Below, in pieces: positions 59,190 through 64,000 of a DNA stretch of 64,000 nucleotides. The notes beneath the pieces were generated by a model. It was not told the DNA's origin and ran no database searches. It worked only from the letters and a program-made list of their open reading frames with translations. The DNA is from an uncultured delta proteobacterium. Lineage in GTDB: Bacteria > Myxococcota > Myxococcia > Myxococcales > Anaeromyxobacteraceae. The translations under genes and the position numbers were made by a program. The stretch spans positions 64,001-128,000 of the forward strand of contig CAWFDF010000009.1 of the NCBI GenBank assembly GCA_963814585.1, read 5' to 3'. The first letter of the stretch is position 1. Each line of letters begins with the position of its first letter.

Positions 59190-59300
59190 CTTCCCACCTT
59201 CACGATCACCCTGAAAAACGGGCCTTCCGTGAGGATCGCCGCCACGCCGCCGGCCCTCCCCCGAAGGCGCCCGGCGGCCGGGCGCGGACAGGACGGCGCG

Positions 59301-60428
59301 TCAACGGAGGGCCGCCACCACCTCCCAGAGGATGAGCAGGATGATGACCACCTCGAGCAGCTCCGAGCGGGAGGTGTCGGCGGCCTCGCCGGTCAGGTCG
59401 TTGACCTCGGCCAGCAGCTTCTGCTTGCGCAGGACCGTCTCCTGCCAGGCCGCCAGGCGGAAGCGCCGCACGGCGCTCTGGTAGAGGCGCGCCAGGTAGA
59501 AGTCCCCGACGATTTTCACAGCGTTTTCCAGCCGTTCGATCATCTCCGACAGCTCCAGCAGCAGCGCCGCGGTCTTGCGCTGCAGCTTGCGGAACTTGCG
59601 GGTCAGCACATGGGTGACGAGGTTCCCGCCTTGCTCCAGCTCGTCGTAGAGCCGGTGGAGCTCCCGGTCGAGCAGGTCGTCGTAGTAGCGGAGCTCCAGC
59701 AGGTGGGCGGTGGCGAACTCGAGCAGGTCCGGGACGTCGTCGAGGCCGGACGGCTCGAGCACGAAGGCGCTGTTCCAGTGGACCACCACCAGGTCGGTCT
59801 CGAGGTAGCTGAAGTGGTGCGACAACACGTCCTGGCGCTCCGACGCCGAGATCGGGGTCGTGGAGGCCTCTCCGAGCAGGAGGGCCGGGATCGGCTCCGT
59901 CGACAGCAGCTCCCTGGCCCGGACCGGGTGGCCCTGGAACGATCGGACGTAGAAGACCTGGTAGGTCTCGTGCCCCTTCCAGCCGTGAGGCCGCTCCAGC
60001 GCGGGGGCCAGCGCCTTGCCGATCTCGTCGGCCTCGCGCCGGGCGGCGGCGTCGAGCGCGGTGTTGGTGGAGGCCATGAGCCACTCGGCCAGCGGCACCA
60101 GGCTCCCCAGCGTCGTCCCCGGGCGGATGGGGATGGCGTAGCGGACGCTCACCACGCCGTAGTCGAAGACGTGGGCGGAGGCGATGGCCGAGGCCCGGCC
60201 GGCCGGCAGCTCCAGCTCGCGGCTTCCGAGCGCCAGGTGGAGCGGCGGGCGCGGGAACTCGATGGCCGAGGCGCTCAGGGCCCGGTCGATCTTGAGCCGG
60301 CCGGCCGGCGCCGCCGCCAGCACCTCGGCGCGGGCCAGGTCCACCGCATCCGCGACGTCGAAGAGCCGGTAGACCAGCACCGCCCCGTCGGCCACCTTCA
60401 GGCCGTCCTTCGGCTCCCTGGCGTCCAT
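59301..60428 (-). CDS. Conserved hypothetical protein, RMD1/DUF155-like, with a C-terminal TM helix
   Basis: YRLFDVADAVDL, VFDYGVVSV, LLELRYYD, GDFYLARLY, LLEVVIILLI. Confidence 0.65.
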   Translation of the reverse strand: MDAREPKDGLKVADGAVLVYRLFDVADAVDLARAEVLAAAPAGRLKIDRALSASAIEFPRPPLHLALGSRELELPAGRASAIASAHVFDYGVVSVRYAIPIRPGTTLGSLVPLAEWLMASTNTALDAAARREADEIGKALAPALERPHGWKGHETYQVFYVRSFQGHPVRARELLSTEPIPALLLGEASTTPISASERQDVLSHHFSYLETDLVVVHWNSAFVLEPSGLDDVPDLLEFATAHLLELRYYDDLLDRELHRLYDELEQGGNLVTHVLTRKFRKLQRKTAALLLELSEMIERLENAVKIVGDFYLARLYQSAVRRFRLAAWQETVLRKQKLLAEVNDLTGEAADTSRSELLEVVIILLILWEVVAALR

Positions 60429-60561
60429 CCGGCCAGCTTAGCCGAGGCGCGGCAGGCGCCTCGCGGACCCCCAACGGGGGAGGGAAAATAAAGTGTCGTC
60501 AGGCCCTCTTATACGTTGCTGTCACATGGTCACCTGACTGATATCTACCCTGGACTCGTCG

Positions 60562-61509
60562 TTGGCAGGGGGGCACTTGGTGGGGACCGAGCTCGTCAAT
60601 CCGCGGCGCGCACCGAGGGTCACCCACCGCTGCCGGGTGGACGTGCGCGACCGGTTCTCCTCCTGGACCGCGGCCACCGAGGATCTCGGCCCGCTCGGCT
60701 GCCAGCTGGTGACGCCGCGGCTGGCCGCCCCCGGGCGCGAGCTGAAGCTGCGCATCTACTGCGAGGCCATCGGCCAGACCATCGAGGCCAGCGGCAAGGT
60801 GGTCTGGTCGCGCGCCGAGTCCCCCTCGCGGCTCGGCATCCAGTTCCAGGCGCCCCGCTCCCACCCGGCCTGGTTCGACGTGCTGGTGCGGGCCGACCCG
60901 GGCGCGACCACCGCCGCCCACCGCCTGCCGGACCGGCTGCCGACCTCGGCGGTGCTGTGGCTCGGCCCGCCGCCGCGCTTCATCTCCGACTTCTCCGCGG
61001 AGGAGGTGGCGGTGCTGCGCCGCATCGGCACCGGCCTCTCCATCGGGTCGCTGGCGGACCAGCTCGGCTCGGCCTTCGAGCGGGTGCGCGGCTCCATCTT
61101 CTCCCTGCTGGCCCGGCGGCTGCTCGTGCTCGACGCCGCCGAGGCGGTGCCGCCGGCGCGCTGGACCGAGCCGCTGGCCGCGGCCGAGCGCGCCCTGGCC
61201 GCCGCGGGCGTGAGGCTGCCGGCGCCGACGGTGGGGCCGAACGCCGCCTCGGGCCGGAGCGCCGCGGCGCAGGCGCTGTTCGACGAGGGGATCGCCCACC
61301 TGACCGCCGGCCGGATCGAGGTGGCGGTGGCGCGGCTGCGCGAGGCGCGGCGCCTGGCGCCCACCGATCCGCTCATCGCCGGCGCGCTGCAGCGGCTCTC
61401 GCCGTGGGCGGCGCGCGACCTGGACGGGGAGCCTGGCCAGGGCCAGGAGGCCTCCGCCACCGCCGGGGCCGCCGCCAAGCCGCGCGGCGCGGGACGCTTC
61501 CCGCGCTGA
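60562..61509 (+). CDS. PilZ domain protein with a C-terminal TPR (start may be 60577 or 60580)
   Basis: PRRAPRV...EDLGPLG...GKVVW...LGIQF, then a TPR-like AQALFDEGIAHL...RLAPTD. Confidence 0.7.
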   Translation: MAGGHLVGTELVNPRRAPRVTHRCRVDVRDRFSSWTAATEDLGPLGCQLVTPRLAAPGRELKLRIYCEAIGQTIEASGKVVWSRAESPSRLGIQFQAPRSHPAWFDVLVRADPGATTAAHRLPDRLPTSAVLWLGPPPRFISDFSAEEVAVLRRIGTGLSIGSLADQLGSAFERVRGSIFSLLARRLLVLDAAEAVPPARWTEPLAAAERALAAAGVRLPAPTVGPNAASGRSAAAQALFDEGIAHLTAGRIEVAVARLREARRLAPTDPLIAGALQRLSPWAARDLDGEPGQGQEASATAGAAAKPRGAGRFPR

Positions 61510-61530
61510 GCCGGAGCGGCGCGGTGAGGC

Positions 61531-62991
61531 CTACGTCCCGACCACCCGCAGGCTGCGCGCCACCGCCGGGCGCTGCTCGAAGTCGATCAGGTACTCGCCG
61601 GAGAAGCAGGCGTCGCAGTAGGTCTGCCGCTTCTCACCGATGGCCTCGTACATCCCCGGCAGCGAGAGGTAGCCGAGGCTGTCGGCGGTGACGTAGGTGG
61701 CGATCTGGGCCTGGTCGTGGGTGGCGGCGATCAGCTCCTGGCGGGTCGGCGTGTCGATGCCGTAGTAGCAGGGCCAGGCGGTGGGCGGCGAGGAGATGCG
61801 CAGGTGGACCTCGCTGGCCCCGGCGGCGCGGATCATCTTGACGATCTTGCGGCTGGTGGTGCCGCGGACGATCGAGTCGTCCACCACCACCACCCGCTTC
61901 CCCTTGAGCACGTCCCGCAGCGCGTTGAGCTTCAGCTTGACGCCGAAGTGGCGGATCTGCTGCGAGGGCTCGATGAAGGTCCGTCCCACGTAGTGGCTGC
62001 GGACCAGCCCCATGTTGAACGGGATGCCGCTCTGCTCGGCGTAGCCGATGGCGGCCGGCACGCCCGAGTCGGGGACCGGGATGACCAGGTCGGCCGGGAC
62101 CGGGTGCTCCACCGCCAGCCTCCGGCCGAAGGCGTGGCGGGTGGCGTAGACCGAGCGGCCGAAGAGGATCGAGTCGGGGCGGGCGAAGTAGATGGCCTCG
62201 AAGATGCACCGGCCCAGCCGCTTCTCGGCGGGACGATCCGGGAAGAGCCGCTCGCTGCGCAGCCCGTCGCGGTCGACGATGATCAGCTCTCCCGGCTCCA
62301 CCTCGCGGACGTAGTCGGCCTCGATGAGGTCGAGGGCGGTGGTCTCGCTGGCCATCACCCACTGCCCCTTGAGCTTCCCCAGCACCAGGGGGCGGAAGCC
62401 CATGGGGTCGCGGACGCCGACCATGGCGGAGGGGGTGAGGAAGAGCAGCGAGTAGGCGCCGGAGACGCGGCCCAGCGCCTCGCGGACCGAGGCCAGCAGC
62501 TGCGCCGGCGAGCCGGGCGGGTGGATCACCCGGGAGCGGGCGATGAGGTGGACGATCACCTCGGTGTCGCTCGAGGAGGTGAAGATCGAGCCGGCCGACT
62601 CCAGCTCGTGGCGCAGGTGGTCGGCGTTCACCAGGTTGCCGTTGTGGCCGACCGCCACCGCGCCGCCGGCGTACTCGACGGCGAAGGGCTGGGCGTTCTT
62701 GACGTGGCTGGCCCCGGTGGTCGAGTAGCGGACGTGGCCGATGGCCGCCCCGCCCTTCAGGCCGGCGATCACGCCGGCGGTGAAGATGTCGGCGACGTGG
62801 CCCATGTCGCGGTGGACGTGGAGGGTCTGGCCGTCGGTGGAGACGATCCCGGCCGCCTCCTGCCCGCGGTGCTGGAGGGCGTGCAGGCCGAGGTAGGTGA
62901 AGTTGGCCGCCTCGACCTGCTGGCCGAGCCCCCAGATCCCGAAGATCCCGCACTCGTCCTTCAGCTTGTCGTAGACGGCGTCGTACCCCAT
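61531..62991 (-). CDS. purF: Amidophosphoribosyltransferase
   Basis: DKLKDECGIFG, LQHRGQE, GHVRYST, CIFEAIYFARPDS, VDDSIVRGTT, YYGIDTP. Confidence 0.97.
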   Translation of the reverse strand: MGYDAVYDKLKDECGIFGIWGLGQQVEAANFTYLGLHALQHRGQEAAGIVSTDGQTLHVHRDMGHVADIFTAGVIAGLKGGAAIGHVRYSTTGASHVKNAQPFAVEYAGGAVAVGHNGNLVNADHLRHELESAGSIFTSSSDTEVIVHLIARSRVIHPPGSPAQLLASVREALGRVSGAYSLLFLTPSAMVGVRDPMGFRPLVLGKLKGQWVMASETTALDLIEADYVREVEPGELIIVDRDGLRSERLFPDRPAEKRLGRCIFEAIYFARPDSILFGRSVYATRHAFGRRLAVEHPVPADLVIPVPDSGVPAAIGYAEQSGIPFNMGLVRSHYVGRTFIEPSQQIRHFGVKLKLNALRDVLKGKRVVVVDDSIVRGTTSRKIVKMIRAAGASEVHLRISSPPTAWPCYYGIDTPTRQELIAATHDQAQIATYVTADSLGYLSLPGMYEAIGEKRQTYCDACFSGEYLIDFEQRPAVARSLRVVGT

Positions 62992-63018
62992 GAGGCGGCG
63001 GAGTATAACCGTCCGGAC

Positions 63019-64000
63019 TTGAAAAGGAACCCCGCCCGCCGGGCCCTGGCTGCCCTCGCCGCCGCCGCCATCGCGCTGGTGGTGGCGCTGGCCCTGCTCT
63101 CGCTGCCGTGGCGCGCCGAGCGCCCGCAGCCACCGCCCGGCGTGACCTCGCTCGCCGCCGGGAGCGGGCCGCTCCTGGCGGGCGCGGCGGTGCGGCCGCT
63201 CGACCTCGGCCCGGCCCCGCTCATCGGCGGCTTCCCCCGCTGGCGGTGGCTGGCCGAGGGCGTGCGCGACCCCGTCACCGCCCGGGCGCTGGTGCTCGAG
63301 CAGCCGGGCGCCCGGGTGGCGCTGGTCTCGGTGGAGCTCCTGCTGGTCCCCGAGGCGCTCGACGAGGCGGTGCGGGGCCGCCTCTCGGATCTCGGCCTCG
63401 ACGCGCTCCTGCTCGCCCCCACCCACACCCACGCCGGTCCGGGCGGGTACTGGGACTCCCTGGCGGGTGAGGTGGGCGCGACCGGCCCCTACCACCCGGA
63501 CACCTTCGCGCGGCTGGTCGACGACCTGGTCGCCACCGTGCGAGCCGCCCACGCGGCGCGCGGGCCGGCCCGCCTGGAGGTGATCCGCGCCCGGCTCGAG
63601 GGGCTGTCCCGCAGCCGGACCGGGGCCGAGCCCGACGGCCGGCTGCTGGTGGTCCGGCTGGCCCGGCCGAGCGGCGAGCCGGTGGCCGAGCTGGTCGGCT
63701 TCCCGGCCCACGCCACCTTCCTCGGCAGGTGGAACCGCCAGCTCAGCGGCGACTGGCCCGGGCGGCTGCTGGTGGCCGGGGCGCGCGGGCCGCGCCTCTT
63801 CGTCCAGGGGGCCATCGGCGACCAGTCGGTGCGGCTGCCCCCGGGCGCGGTGGGGCCGGGCGAGCCGGAGCACGCCGCCTACGCCCGGCTGCTGGGTGAC
63901 TCGATCGACGTGCTGGGCGGGCGGTCGTTCGCGGCCTCGCCGCGGCTGGCGGTGGCCTCCGCCACCGTGGCGCTGCCGGCGCTCGCCCCCGGCGCCGTGC
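63019..64000 (+). CDS. Neutral/alkaline ceramidase N-terminal domain protein (runs off the window end)
   Basis: Not in the ORF track. Hand translation from TTG 63019: signal/TM segment, GVRDPVTARALVL, VALVSVELL, metal motif PTHTHAGPGG, FPAHAT, LSGDWPG, FVQGAIGD. Confidence 0.78.
   Translation, partial: MKRNPARRALAALAAAAIALVVALALLSLPWRAERPQPPPGVTSLAAGSGPLLAGAAVRPLDLGPAPLIGGFPRWRWLAEGVRDPVTARALVLEQPGARVALVSVELLLVPEALDEAVRGRLSDLGLDALLLAPTHTHAGPGGYWDSLAGEVGATGPYHPDTFARLVDDLVATVRAAHAARGPARLEVIRARLEGLSRSRTGAEPDGRLLVVRLARPSGEPVAELVGFPAHATFLGRWNRQLSGDWPGRLLVAGARGPRLFVQGAIGDQSVRLPPGAVGPGEPEHAAYARLLGDSIDVLGGRSFAASPRLAVASATVALPALAPGAV

Overview
A very GC-rich chromosomal segment. Gene content and order suggest an Anaeromyxobacter-like Myxococcota organism (inference). 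Most of it is housekeeping: ilvD; kdsB-pyrG-kdsA-kdsC-lpxL-lptCAB-rpoN-hpf-ptsN; rplU-rpmA-obgE-trmH; gatCAB-mtnA; ftsK; plsY; a partial nuoEF-JK cluster; HU; purF. It also encodes a Yip1-TolC-MFP-ABC exporter operon ending in lepB, a porin, an M64 peptidase, a KirBac channel and a hybrid histidine kinase. An accessory block at about 21.0-29.1 kb holds an IS481-family element flanked by several different perfect 12-22 bp palindromes, a DUF1801 gene, and the best candidate for an undescribed system: a tusA - divergent hdrA - fused mvhD/mvhG - mvhA - maturation protease operon with no hdrB/hdrC. Other signals are a structured RNA candidate upstream of hpf, a recurring TAnnnT box 6-10 nt before start codons (leaderless genes), and several single-base frameshifts that probably reflect assembly errors. 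No rRNA, tRNA or CRISPR array was recognised. All family calls come from motif recognition by eye, not from database searches.
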